This document shows, piece after piece, positions 1 through 11,800 of a stretch of 64,000 nucleotides of DNA. Under the pieces are notes generated by a model. The model made no database searches, was not told the DNA's origin, and saw only the letters and a list, made by a program, of their open reading frames with translations. The position numbers and the translations under genes were made by a program. Numbering within the stretch: the first letter of the stretch is position 1; every line of letters starts with the position of its first letter. Source of the DNA: Phoronis australis (lineage: Eukaryota > Animalia > Phoronida); contig NMRA01000069.1 of the NCBI GenBank assembly GCA_002633005.1, forward strand, positions 96,203 through 160,202, in the 5' to 3' direction.

Positions 1-1026
1 ACATTGAATCCCCTTTAAAATCCTTTGAAACTGCAATGGCAGTCTACTAGGGGAAGCCCGGTGAAAATATTGAATCGTAAACTAGATGATTCTAAAACCT
101 TTGAGCACCATGATGTATTAGCACTGTGCTTAACATGTATTGTGCATAATGCACTGTGTCCTCGTTACATAATTCAAAAATAATTGTAATGATAACGATA
201 ACGAAAACGAGTAAAAGTAGTGATAGTGGTAAAAGTAGTAAATTTAGTAATGGCAATAGTAGTAATAGTATGTAGTAATAATAAAAATGATAATGGTTAA
301 TAGGATGTTGCCTCTTAGAATTTTAATGCTTGGACTGCCTTTTGATCGGTTGTCTTTTAGTCACAAAATTTCACATTAGAACGCTACGCAATACCACTCG
401 AAGACAAGAGGATTCATNTTTCAATGACCCGATTATCATAGCCGACTAGTCGCTAGTTCTCGAAAAAGGTCTGCCTCCAGAGTGCAACGTAACTCAAATT
501 TTCAACTTACACATCATCGCCGAACGAGCAGAATTTTTAGAAGAAGAATATTTTCAACAAAAGACAAACATGATCACGTATAGATGTAAGTGGCAAGTTA
601 AAGATTGTGGTATGAATTCACTTCTTCGTGGCAAACTAGAGAAGAATATGCATATAGTTATACCTTTACAAACAATACCGTGCTTGCTTATAGTTGAGAA
701 ATAATATTAATTTTAGAAGTTGGGGCACATTTAAACAAGATTTTTAAGTCTCATTGTACTCGTTTCCAAAAATAGGCCTACTCTGCATCCACAGCTGTCA
801 AGACGTGTCTCACTATATTGTTAAAATTGAACATTGAATCCCCTTTAAAATCCTTTGAAACTGCAATGGCAGTCTACTAGGGGAAGCCCGATGAAAATAT
901 TGAATCGTAAACTAGATGATTCTAAAACCTTTGAGCACCATGATGTACATGTATTAGCACTGTGCTTAACATGTAAATTTCACATTAGAACCCGACGCAA
1001 TACCACTCAAAGACAATGGGATTCAT
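1..1026. repeat. Local direct duplication (1..~139 = 831..~974; 366..417 = 975..1026)
   Basis: Near-identical text at an 830-bp offset. The first copy carries an extra AGT/AAT-rich segment (~140-365) and ends at a single N (418). Confidence 0.85.
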
Positions 1027-2423
1027 GTTTATACTTTCTGTAACTTTCAAACGCATAAGAACTAAAACTCTTACCTACATTGTTTGGAACGCGCTTAGCT
1101 TCATGTTGTGACGAGGCATTCAGATTGTTCTGATTACAGTTAATCCAATAATGCAACTGCCACGCATTTCGAGTAGAGTGCTTCTGCTTGACCAATAGAA
1201 GGTTGTGATTGGTCAGTGATGGCCCATACTCTGACGTCAGTCAAAATACGCGCAAACTGAACAGAAATTTGACGAGTCAAAAAGGTCACTTACCCACCCA
1301 CATTGCACTGACCAATAAGTTTACATGCGCACTCATATTATTTGAAGCAATCATAATCTGCCTGCTCCTTGGCGTGTAGGACAGTTTTGAGTAAGTTTTG
1401 CATGAAATCCGCAGACATGAAGTCGTGAAAATTAAAAACTACTTCGTAAACCAGTAACGTTATATCCTCAACACCGATTGGTTCTTTTCAGAACATCGAC
1501 ACATGTTCAACAACTGTCCAACCGCGTCAATGTCGCGTCAAGATGTTATAACTGACTTGTCACTCGTCAGAAATGACGGCAAGGTGACGCTATATGCGCG
1601 TTTTATATTTAGCTGCTAAAGTGTAACTATAATATAACTCCTTTAGGCAGAGTGATTGCGTTCATGTCTGCTATGTCAATGTGAATTTACCTAAAGCAGA
1701 GTTCCAATTCACCTTTGTTTGAGCCTTATTGTACCAAAGCTGTGGGTAGTTAGAACCTCTGTTCTCCCAAGTACAAATGCCTTTACCGTCAAGTACTACG
1801 ACCCATCCTGCGTCTGTGTTACAGTGTCCGTACGCCACAGTGATGAGAAATCGGCGACGGGAAGTACTTTAACAGAAAGCATAGGCGTTGATTGTATTAT
1901 TTCGTGACTGGAGTCAAAAAATTATAAATTAACGAAAAAAATGCCACCGGCAAACCGAAAACGATAAACACCAAGTAAAGCACACTAAAAAAAGTTGAGA
2001 GGGTTCACCCGAAAAACATAAGTTAGTACTATTGTGATTTTCTGTAGTCACGAAAACCAACTCATTGCAAGTTCTCGTGACTTATCAGCAAGTTGCGGGA
2101 AGTTTAACTGTGCGAGCGCCTTGGTCGACACCTCTGGAGTAGCTAAGCACTATATATGCATCGACTGGAGAGACGGCAGATCAAAGCGCATCTCTTTTGT
2201 AAATGAGCATGGTTGAAAGGGGTTCATCAATCGAGAGCGAGGTCACGTTCTTATAGAATATGTTCGGTTTCCCTCTTTTCAGGGCTAATTCAATAAGGTT
2301 AATTTCAATATCAACCCGTTGGAATATACACAAATTATTTACACATCAAATCCGCGTGCAAATAAGACATGGTGCACCTGTCCCAGGTATGTTACAAAGC
2401 GATCACTGTAATCGTTCGTACAT

Positions 2424-2634
2424 TTAAGCGGCACTTTCCCCGAACATCGCATTTGTAAGGCCCCCTAACCCTCCCGGTAATTTAGGATAGTACACTCTTT
2501 CTTCCATGAGTATCCGGTTACAGTAACACTGGTCGTCTAACCGGCACATCTCATAATGTACGATTAGTTTGCAATTGGCCCCCTCCAGGAATTTAGAACT
2601 GAATCCACGCGCTGTGAACACCCTGTCTGTTCTT
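2424..2634 (-). CDS. PAN-like secreted protein, exon 4 (terminal)
   Basis: Acceptor ttgcaaag|A; phase 2 matches exon 3. Reads RTDRVFTARG...AMFGESAA*. The AAG acceptor is weak. Confidence 0.55.
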
Positions 2635-2771
2635 CTTTGCAAGTACATGCATGCATACAAACTGAATGCGAGATCAAACGATACATGAACCAGTGATGTT
2701 GTGAGAGTTCGAAAGACGTATTAGTTCCAGCAGAACCTTGCATTGTAACAAATTTGATCAATGATACTTAC

Positions 2772-2926
2772 GATTCAGAAATATTGAATTTGTAGACGTC
2801 GTTCAAGTCAACAAAAGAGCTGTTGATGAGTCTATCTTGGCTGAACCAGTCCATTTTATTAGAATTTTCTCCTTCAAACTCCATAGTGAAAACTTCGCCC
2901 CCTTCTTTGAAGAAAGAGAATTTGAC
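2772..2926 (-). CDS. PAN-like secreted protein, exon 3
   Basis: ttgcag|GTC...GAA TC|gtaagt. Reads VKFSFFKEGGEVFTMEFEGENSNKMDWFSQDRLINSSFVDL. Phase 0 start matches exon 2. Not in the ORF track. Confidence 0.8.
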
Positions 2927-3127
2927 CTGCAATGGAAGAATTTCTCACCATCACATCGTTGTTACTGAGACTCGTTATGAGATAGTGTTAAAACAAAATC
3001 GATCATCTGTTCTGCTAAATGAGGCTGGATTTAGTCGGTTGTGACATGTAAGGTTTTTATTACTTTTGTGTTTTTCATTTCCACAATAAGTAGAAGCACG
3101 CGTACTCTGTGGTAGGCGTTCTGAAAG

Positions 3128-3477
3128 TCAGGGGTACCATGTAATCATACTCACGAGCATAGTTTCTTACGCAGGAAGCACCTAGGAGCCTAAGAATCAT
3201 ACATACGAACCCAAAAATACAGCATACGAACAAACATCATGCTCACGAACCACAAATGTCACACATACAAACACAAATCGTGGCCACAAGCATCTGTTTG
3301 TGCGTATGATTCGATGATCGTACGTTTTTTGTGGTTCGTGACTATGACTTTTGTTCGGATGCGTGATTTTTGAGTTCGTATGTATGAGTCATGGTCTCGT
3401 ATGCATGATCCATAGGTTTGTAGATGGTGTGTGCGTAATATGCGCTGCTCGTGCGTATAAATTTATGGTACCCGTGA
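3128..3477. mobile_element. Foldback/MITE-like element
   Basis: The ends tcaggggtaccat...actcacgagca and tgctcgtgcgtat...atggtacccgtga are inverted. Internal catacgaac / gttcgtatg subrepeats are mirrored about the centre. Confidence 0.65.
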
Positions 3478-4244
3478 ATGTATGTGTGAATATTTTTGAC
3501 GAGTGACGTCTGAAAGGAACTGTGTACGTGAGGACTGAATACGCTGGGATTGAAAACTCCGTTAGGAAGGAAGAGTTTATCTCGTGTACACGCCTCTGTT
3601 TTTCGTATGCGACAATTCAATCCAATTAACTGCCGTTGCTGGATGGTGGCACGCCGTAGATGTAGCTTGCCCCTACGCCATGTCATACAATTTTACTCGA
3701 TCACATCTTAAAAAATAACGTGCAGCGACTTCACGGCTTCTTGATTAAACATAGAACATTTGCACGTGGTCCATCTCAAACGGAACACGGTACTGTATAT
3801 GATAGTAGGCCCAGCAAAATCGTGTCGTGCCAAACATCTGTTGTAAGTCGAAATCGTTAAGCAGTTTCACTATGGCAGGGCTAGCTAAAAGAACAGCAGA
3901 CTGTTGGAAGTGGACCCTGCCACACGCTTGTTAACTTCCCATGTACAAAAGTCGATCAAGTGCTGGCAGATCTACTTAAAGGCGAAGGCAACCTTTTTCC
4001 ATGTCATTTTGAGCTAAAATAAGGTTGGTTGGTTATCCTAGACATATTTTTCACTTAATTACAGCTTTTCGTAATTTTATTAATTATTCGTCCGCTTTTC
4101 CGGAAGTGACGTTTTAGGAGGCAAGCGCTTCCCGCCAATTTCTTTTCACATAGTCTGACTGTGAGAGCTGCCGAGTCAGTCATTGTTCTACCTCGGTTGT
4201 GTTAAGTTCCGTCGTCGTTCGCTTTCATTTACTAGTCAGTCAAC

Positions 4245-5315
4245 ATGCCACACTGTTGCTGCGTACCGGGATGTAGTAATTATCGGCTCACGCGCGCTTT
4301 GGGAGTGCCTTTGCATCGCTTTCCGATGGATGACACACTTCGCCGTACTTGGCTCGTTCGTGTGAAGAACGCAGCGTTACCCGTCCACGCAACGTACAAA
4401 GCAGTGGAGAATTACCGTGTGTGTGGCAAGCACTTTCTGCCGTCCGATTACGAAAGGGATTTGTACGCTGAACTGATGAAGGTCCCCGCGAAACAACGCT
4501 TGAAGAAGGATGCCATTCCGTCTGTGTTGATTCCCGGCAGTGCCCCGTCGCCACCCCCGAGAAGTGCGTTTTTGAAGCGAGAAGCCTCGCGAGCTGTGGC
4601 CAGTACAGTGACTGGAGCCAGTGGAGGCACTTCATCTACTGTCACCCGTGCCTCCGAACGTACCCCAGAGCGTGCAATTCCTGGAACCAGTAGTGATTCG
4701 CCCTGTGCTGTTTTCTCCAGCCCAGAGCCTCTAAGCAGCCCTGCAGCGATATTGAGTAGTGGGAGTGATTACAGGCCCAGTTCGACACCCAGTGAAGAGG
4801 ACAGTTCGTCGTCCAGTGAACAGATCGGTGAGCCAAACTTTGATAAGTTTATTGTGGACTTGTCTAAAGTGTTGGAGCTATTTAGAAGGTGCCAGGTGTG
4901 TGGCGAGGGAGTCACACGACACAATGTAAGCAGTTTGGGTGCTCAGGTCACCATCCAGTGGGAGTGTGTCACGGGACACTCTGGCAAGTGGGACAGTTGT
5001 TCCTCTGTCCGTGGTATGCCGGAGGTCCACTTAACCATGTCCAGTGGTGTGCTCTTCACTGGAAACACGTTTCAGTCGGTGAAGACAATGATGGACTTTG
5101 GAAAAGTCAAGTTTTTTTTCGAAAACAACATTCAACAACATTCAGAATTCCTATTTAATACCAGTTGTCAATGACGCATACATGTCACAACATCTCGAGT
5201 TGGTGGCGGAATTCATGGAGAAGGAGAACTTGTCTGACTCACCAGGGCGGTCCGCCAAGTATACCACATACACTCTAATGGAGGAAGAGACCAAAAAGAT
5301 AATTGATGTGGAACT
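4245..5315 (+). pseudogene. Kolobok transposase, N-terminal part (THAP domain, CxxC...C-x2-GH zinc motif, start of DDE core)
   Basis: MPHCCCVPGC...HRFP...W...VCGKHF...LKKDAIPS is a THAP signature. Also CQVC...WECVTGHSGKW and DSPGRSAKYTTYTLM. Frameshift in a T-run near 5112; truncated at IIDVEL. Confidence 0.88.
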
Positions 5316-5586
5316 CGGAACAGCACAAGCATTCAATTGAGGTAGGCATAACAACGCACACAGTGCATTTGCACCAAGATGTGTCACCACGTCTGTCTTC
5401 AGTAGCCGCCTCGTTTCTCTCAACAGCTGCCTGTGCCTTTGTGTACTCTGCCTCGTTGTACTCGGGCTCAAACATGTACCCACCCACTGAATGTCCGTGA
5501 AAAAATTCCTAGTCACCACTGCTGTGAACAAGGTCTCCGTCACTCACACTACTGTCACTGTGATACGGGTCACCGACTTTAGCCAT
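5305..5586 (-). pseudogene. KolX accessory protein, N-terminal part (Cys-rich, resembles the P2X7 C-terminal zinc domain)
   Basis: ATG at 5586; GGYMFEPEY...WCKCTVCVVMPTSIECLCCSEF. In-frame TAG where copy 2 has GAG. Confidence 0.82.
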
Positions 5587-6212
5587 TTTCAGCTTACAAC
5601 ACACTAAACAATCCCTAAATCCAACGCAGTTGAGTTCTCTACTAACCTATCTTGCCGCAGAATACTCGCCGATGGAAAGTGGTTGCGACAATTGGTGAAA
5701 AATAGCACAAAACAAAAGTAGAATAGAACAGATTCGCACAGTAAGCTCAACGCAAAACCAAATGGCGGGAAGTGCTTGCCACCTAAAACGTCACTTCCGG
5801 AAAATCGGACGAGTAATTAATAAAATTACGAAAAGCTGTAATTAAGTGAAAAATATGTCTAGGATAACCAACCAACCTTATTTTAGCTCAAAATGACATG
5901 GAAAAAGGTTGCCTTCGCCTTTAAAGTACTATTGATCAAAGTTTTTTTCTTCGTGTTTTAAATGGACTTGGAGAGTATGTCAAGAACCTAGGAGTGCGAA
6001 GAGGATATGAATGTAATATTTTGCAGTGTCGGGGGCATAATTTTCTTGTGTGTGTAGGAAATAGCAAACGTGGTTGTGTGCCAATGATTACTGATGTGCG
6101 AACGGTGAGTTGAGGAAAGTGTTGGCGAATGGAATAAATGTTGTCTCTCGTCAATGTAAAGCCTTTGAATGTCTTGTGTCTCTGCTTGTCTCCTGTCTAA
6201 TGTGAGAAGTAC

Positions 6213-6388
6213 CTGATACATTCCAAGCTTGTTCCAGTTCTCTACAAGATGGCTCTTATAGTGTTCTGCTGAAGGCACCATTTTGAACACTTCCGCCCCA
6301 GGCTGAGTTGTGAATGTTGATCCCGCCCAGAGATCGTACACATATCTGTTGTTAGCGCTGCTTCCTTTAAATGCAAGTTTCCAGGTGT
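6213..6388 (-). CDS. PAN-like secreted protein, exon 2
   Basis: ttttgtag|AC ACC TGG...TAT CAG|gtac. Reads DTWKLAFKGSSANNRYVYDLW...HYKSHLVENWNKLGMYQ. Phase 1 matches exon 1. Confidence 0.82.
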
Positions 6389-7172
6389 CTACAAAATAAC
6401 GTACACACAAATATCCGGAATTTAAAAACATCAAATGTTCTATATTTTTTTTATACTTTCAGCTGTGTTTTTATTAAATATCACTTAGTCAAAATTTTCT
6501 TGCATCAAATTCGTACATCACTACAAAAATTGAAAAACTTACAATGTACAGCTAAATAGTTGGTTTATTTAATGTATTAAAAGGACCCCCACTATTTTTT
6601 CTTGATGTTAAAGGTACGTTGGACAATACACGAAAAATGTTCACGTTTGGCCAACTTCGAAACATATCATGTCCCACAAAGTGGCTCGTCGGACATCCAT
6701 AATACTTTTTCAGATACATGTAATATTAAGCTTTATGTAATCGGTCGCACTCCAAAACAATTTTTCTAAGACTACCCTTTTGATGAGGAATTACGAAATA
6801 TTGGACTTTTATGGCTTTTGTGAAAAAAATCAAAAGTTGCATGAAAAATAACGAAATGATATTTTAAAAATATATAGCAAAGTTTCTGAAATTTCACCTT
6901 AACGCTTAAGACTAGTGTTGCTGATACTATTTTGCTCTGGGTGTACCTTTCTATTTCTCTCACATTTATTAAAACGATACAATAAACAGTTGAATGGAAT
7001 GAAGTCAAATTTCAAAATGTGTAGGCTTGCTCTTTTTAGATTATACGTTTACTGAGCTCAGTTGAAAGGTTTTGTAGATATTTCATTAACAGAATTGACG
7101 ATAAGGTTCTGCTTAACCATGACCATAGGTTAGTTAGGATGCAAAGTTTTACTTACGGAAAAGACTAATTAC

Positions 7173-7494
7173 CTTGGCGGGCGAATATGCGCCAACTGGT
7201 GTCTACCGTCTCGTACGTCGCCAACCACTTGTAACTACTTATTTCACAAACCTGGTTCTTTCCACTGTAACTCAAGAAAGAGCATCGCTGTAACAAGCAT
7301 AGAGACGCACACCACATCCGGGAAGAAATGCAGTTGTATACACCATCCAAGAAATTCGGGAGGATTCTGTGACCAATGTAGGATAATTCCTGGGACAGTA
7401 GTAGCTCACGTTTCTGTTGTTTGGCCACTGCTATGACACAGGACAGGCATAATGCCACGACGAGCGAGTGCCTTCTGCAACCTGGCATATTCAT
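7173..7494 (-). CDS. PAN-like secreted protein, exon 1 (signal peptide plus PAN/Apple-like Cys pattern)
   Basis: MNMPGCRRHSLVVALCLSCVIAVA is a hydrophobic leader. WCASLCLLQRCSFLSY...C follows. Donor CAA G|gtaatt. Confidence 0.8.
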
Positions 7495-8809
7495 TACTGC
7501 GGCAACCACTACCAAACACAGCTACTGTACCACTTAAACGTATATTCGGCACTCTCAGTTGTATTGACATTGTCGTGTATGGAGGAAATCAATGCTTGAA
7601 CAATTGTGATTGCAGTATGTAACCGATGCTTTACTTTTTACAGTTACTGAAAGTCATCGTGCAATCACAAGGTTGAACAACATAGGACCTTCTTGAATAT
7701 TTGACTTCAGGAATCTTCTGGTAAAAGAAATATAATCCGTTAGTGTTTCTGTTAGGGTTGTAATGTCGAAATCTTCAGCAAATAGGCTCAGAATTCCCGA
7801 GTCCATTTATGACTGAATTTAGTTAACTCTAGGTTGTTTCTACGGAGGCCCTACTGCAGAGTATAAGCGAAGGTCTTGTAAGTTACACGAGGTGTAGGTC
7901 TTCCTGTCTGTCTTGCTTGTAACAGACAGACATTGGCTGTTGGCGTTACGTTTGTATGAAATCTCGTATGTTAAATTCAACTTAATACATTAACAACATG
8001 TTAGTATATTTTGAAGATTTACGATACAGCTTGTTTCTACTGCTTGAATGTGTGAATTGTATTTGTTTTCGTGTTCGCATAGCTTTGGTTTTCACTGTCT
8101 ACACATTGACAGATCGAGGACATCTTAAAAATCGTTTGTTTACAAACATAAACTTTGCGTGGTATTTTACAACTTATCATCCAAATTCCACCAATGCATA
8201 ACTAATATAACGACACAAGATTTTCGCTCCATCTGTTTCCCTTTTGTTGGGGAATGTGTTACTTTTGTTTACTATATCAATTTGCCCTTTGTGATACAGT
8301 TGTAAGTAACATCATTTTAGAGCAGCTGGTATTTTGGGGACTAAGAATGCGAACCAGGTTCGCCGCAGTGATCGACAGTAATTCCTAGTCATATTATGCG
8401 AATTTCGTTTTACTGTTTCTCTGGAAACGTGTTGCTAACGAAAAAAGTTTGACTAAAATGTGTTATGGCATCTTGCGTTTTCTGATGCGCTACGTTGAGA
8501 GCTATCTTCTGGTACCCACCAACTGACAAATTTGAATAGCTCCATTTGAATATGCTGCTACTTGCTATCATTGAGATCTTTCGGAAATCTCATCAGAGAT
8601 CTACCAAGATAATATGAAGATATTGAAACCAAGGAGTTGCACAGACTAGAAAAACTTGAAGTTAACAATTTCAAACAAAACAGTAGAAAAAAGTAAATAA
8701 TCAACTAAGCTGCAGCCTCCTGAAGCAAAACATGCAAAATTACCACAAGTATCATCTGGAAACCATTTACAATTTGTACATTAAGTTCACCTCACATGTC
8801 AATGAATTA

Positions 8810-10120
8810 TTAAAATGTACCAAAACATTCATTTTGCCGATTCTGCATAAGTTGTTCAATGTAACTTTCCAGTAAGGTTTCTATCCCCAGGCTTGCTGTG
8901 ATGCGACGTTAATTCTATTGTTTAAACAGGGTAATTTGGACAATGAGAATAATCATAGAGGTATCTCGCCGTCTGTCGGCTATTGGGAAGCTCTTTACCA
9001 GAATACTGAATAACCGATTGTATAACTGGGAAGAAACTAATGGTCAATTTTTGAAGCCCAAGCAGGGTTTCGTAAGGGTTACGCGACTGTGGATCATATA
9101 TTTTGTTTGTAACGATATGTCAGAAACATATAAGCAAAAATGGGGACAGGTTCTATTGTGCATTTATTGAAATTTCAAAAGCTTTTGATCGATTACCACA
9201 TATTTTACTTTTTCATAGACTTCTGAAAATTCATGCTCATGGTGATATGTTATCAATTCTCCGATCAATGTATAGCAAGTTGAGATCATGTGTTAAAACA
9301 CGTGATGGTTTAACAGACTTATTTAATTGCACTATTGGTACATGTACTCGTTAAGGCAAACACAAGTCATCTGCTATTTGTTTTGTATCTCAATGAGTTT
9401 TTAGAATAACTCAATCCACCTAGTGACATGAATAGCATCTACTTAGACAAGCATGCTAAAAACATTATTTAACTATTATATGCACATGACATAGTTTTGT
9501 GCTCTCTAACATCGTCAAATTTGCAACGTATGTTGAATTGTCTCAATGATTATTGTGATTCATCGGGTATGGCAGTGAATTTAAAGAAAACCAAGATAAT
9601 TTTATTTAGAAATGGCGGTCCCTTAAGACACTATGAGAAATGGTTTTTAAAAACCAGCAAGTTGTTGCTGTATCTCCTTATAAATGTCTTGGTGTTTTAT
9701 CACACCTAAATTGTCATGGTCGAAAGCGACAAAAACTCCCTCTTGTCAAGCAAATAAAGTTGCATCACGTGTTTAAAAACTACCACGCAGATGTCGCGAT
9801 TTGCCCCCATCACTTGCCTTTCAGTTCTTTGATAAACTGGAGTATCCAAGAATGGTGCTATGGTGCCGAGACTTGGAGTTTTAAAGAATACGAGTGTTTA
9901 GAAAAATTTCATTTAAAATTTTGCAAATGGACCCTGGGACTAGGCGGTTCTTGCTCTAGCGCTGCGTTATTGTGTGAATGTGGCAGATACTCTATGTTTA
10001 CGAAATACCTTGTTAGATGTATTAAATTCTGGTTTAGAATTTTGAATATGCCACACGAACGTTATCCAAGGGCCGATTACAACATTTTGTTCGGACAACA
10101 TGAAAATGGTCCATAGCCAG
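8810..10120 (+). mobile_element. Degenerate non-LTR retrotransposon RT (RTE-X-like)
   Basis: IGKLFTRILNNRLYNWEE, FYCAFIEISKAFD, LLYAHD (YADD-like), VNLKKTKIILF, YGAETW, ECGRY. Many frameshifts. Confidence 0.85.
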
Positions 10121-10329
10121 GTAGACTATATGGTCTACCAAAAATCCACAAACAGACAGAGTATTCCATTTTTTATTTTTTTAATTGCAGGCGATCTGAT
10201 ACACGTTGTACCAGACGTGCGCAGGCCTTGCATGTGGGCCCTTTGCACTGATCACTTGGAAATATTTTTTTGCTTTATTAATATGTGGTTAAAACCGAGC
10301 TGAGGAGCTAGAAACGTGGCTCAAGGGTT

Positions 10330-11800
10330 TAGCAGTGTGACATGGTGGGACTTGAGAGTATTCCATTCCTCCACTTAGACCTATTGTGTCATCTGTAAGT
10401 TCCTTCAACTATAATCGTGCCAAGTTCCTATGTAAGCTACTCAAATCACATATGAATAAGGATTACACAGCAAGTGATACATTCTCCTATGTTTCTGAGG
10501 TTAGAGGTCAAGTTCTCAGTCATCAGTTCATGGCTTCTTTTGATATTGCGGGCTTGTTTACTAACCTGCCTGTGGACGAATGTATATCTTTGGCTACTGA
10601 CTGTATAATGAAAAACGATTCCAGTGTAAAGATTACTCGAGCTGGACTCATGGAGTTATTCAAATTTGCCACCAGCAAAACCCATTTCGCATTTAATGGC
10701 GAGGGTTTTAACCAAATTGATGGTACATCAATGGGTTCACCTTTGGCCCCCATATTAGCCGGCATGTTTTTACGTCACCATGAGAAAACATGGATTGAGA
10801 TGTACACTGTTCTTCATGTCTATTTCTATTGATTTTATGTAGATGATGTGTTTTGTATATTTGAAAGTCAGTAGTCAGCCCAGGAATGTCTGGTGTATTT
10901 AAACTCGAGGCATCCTAAATTGAAACTCAGTATAGATTTGGAGGTCGACAAAATTTTGCCATTTCTGGACGTGTTAGTGGAGTGTGAGGTTACCACATTG
11001 GTAACGTCAGTATTTCATAACAAGACCTACACAGGACTGTACACTTGTTTTTATAGCTTCACATCCTTTGTTTATCAAGTAGGTATCATTAAAACTCTAA
11101 TAGACAACACTTGGGCTAGATTTGATTCTAATATTAAAGAACTTACAACAAATTTGCAAAAGAATGGCAATACCCTAGAATTAGTCGATAGGGTACGGAA
11201 AGCACGACTCCAAAGTAACTCTATGTTGGGTTTTACGCCAAGATTGCTCAACAAAATGTCAACAAATTGGTGAATGACTACTGTGTTAAGTGTTGCGTTA
11301 ACATTCAAGTCTTTAAAATTGTCGAATTTATTTAACCCTAAGGACAAAATACATGTGGGTCTACAGTCCAGGATAGTGTGCAAATTCATCTGTGCTGAAT
11401 GTGGCACCAGTTTCACAGGCGAAACTGTTCGCCATTTGAAAACCAGGACCTGGGAACTTCTAAGTTCTGACAGAGGTTCATATGTAAATATTCACCTACA
11501 GAGCTACGATCATTGTTGTCAGCAATGCTCTTTATATGACTTTGCAATAATAGACCAAGCAAAAACAACAAAGGAGCTCACAATTCGGCTCTACACATCG
11601 TTTGGTACAAGCTCAATGGGCAACTGGAACACCACAGCTGGTCATTTTGGTCTAGTTTATTGTCACTCCCTGTAAATGACTGTGTCTGTGTTTCATCACT
11701 TGTTGCTGGGCCTAACTAGGTGGCCACTATATTCTCTCTTCTGATGATGGTGTTTGAATAAATGACGTCGAAACATGTGAAGTCGATATAAAACCGTAGT
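10330..11800 (+). mobile_element. Penelope-like element remnant (RT plus GIY-YIG endonuclease plus pLTR end)
   Basis: SFDIAGLFTNLP, GTSMGSPLAP, YVDD, LPFLDV, IVCKFICAECGTSFTGETVRHLKTR. A CTGATGA...GAAAC core follows at the 3' end. Confidence 0.9.
11736..11783 (+). ncRNA. Minimal hammerhead-ribozyme-like motif in the Penelope pLTR
   Basis: ctt CTGATGA [imperfect stem II] GAAAC ATGT G aag. Palindromic ACATGT forms stem III. The cleavage triplet reads GUG, which is non-canonical. Confidence 0.6.

Larger units (their letters stand above)
3980..5920 (+). mobile_element. Kolobok DNA transposon, internally deleted (copy 1)
   Basis: TTAA at 3976-3979 and 5921-5924, AGG...CCT termini and 158-bp TIRs (3980-4137 / 5763-5920). 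THAP transposase on +, KolX on -. Confidence 0.92.

Noticed and set aside
4245-5174. Host THAP transcription-factor gene
   Set aside because: It lies between TIRs with a TTAA TSD, is frameshifted, and has a decayed second copy.
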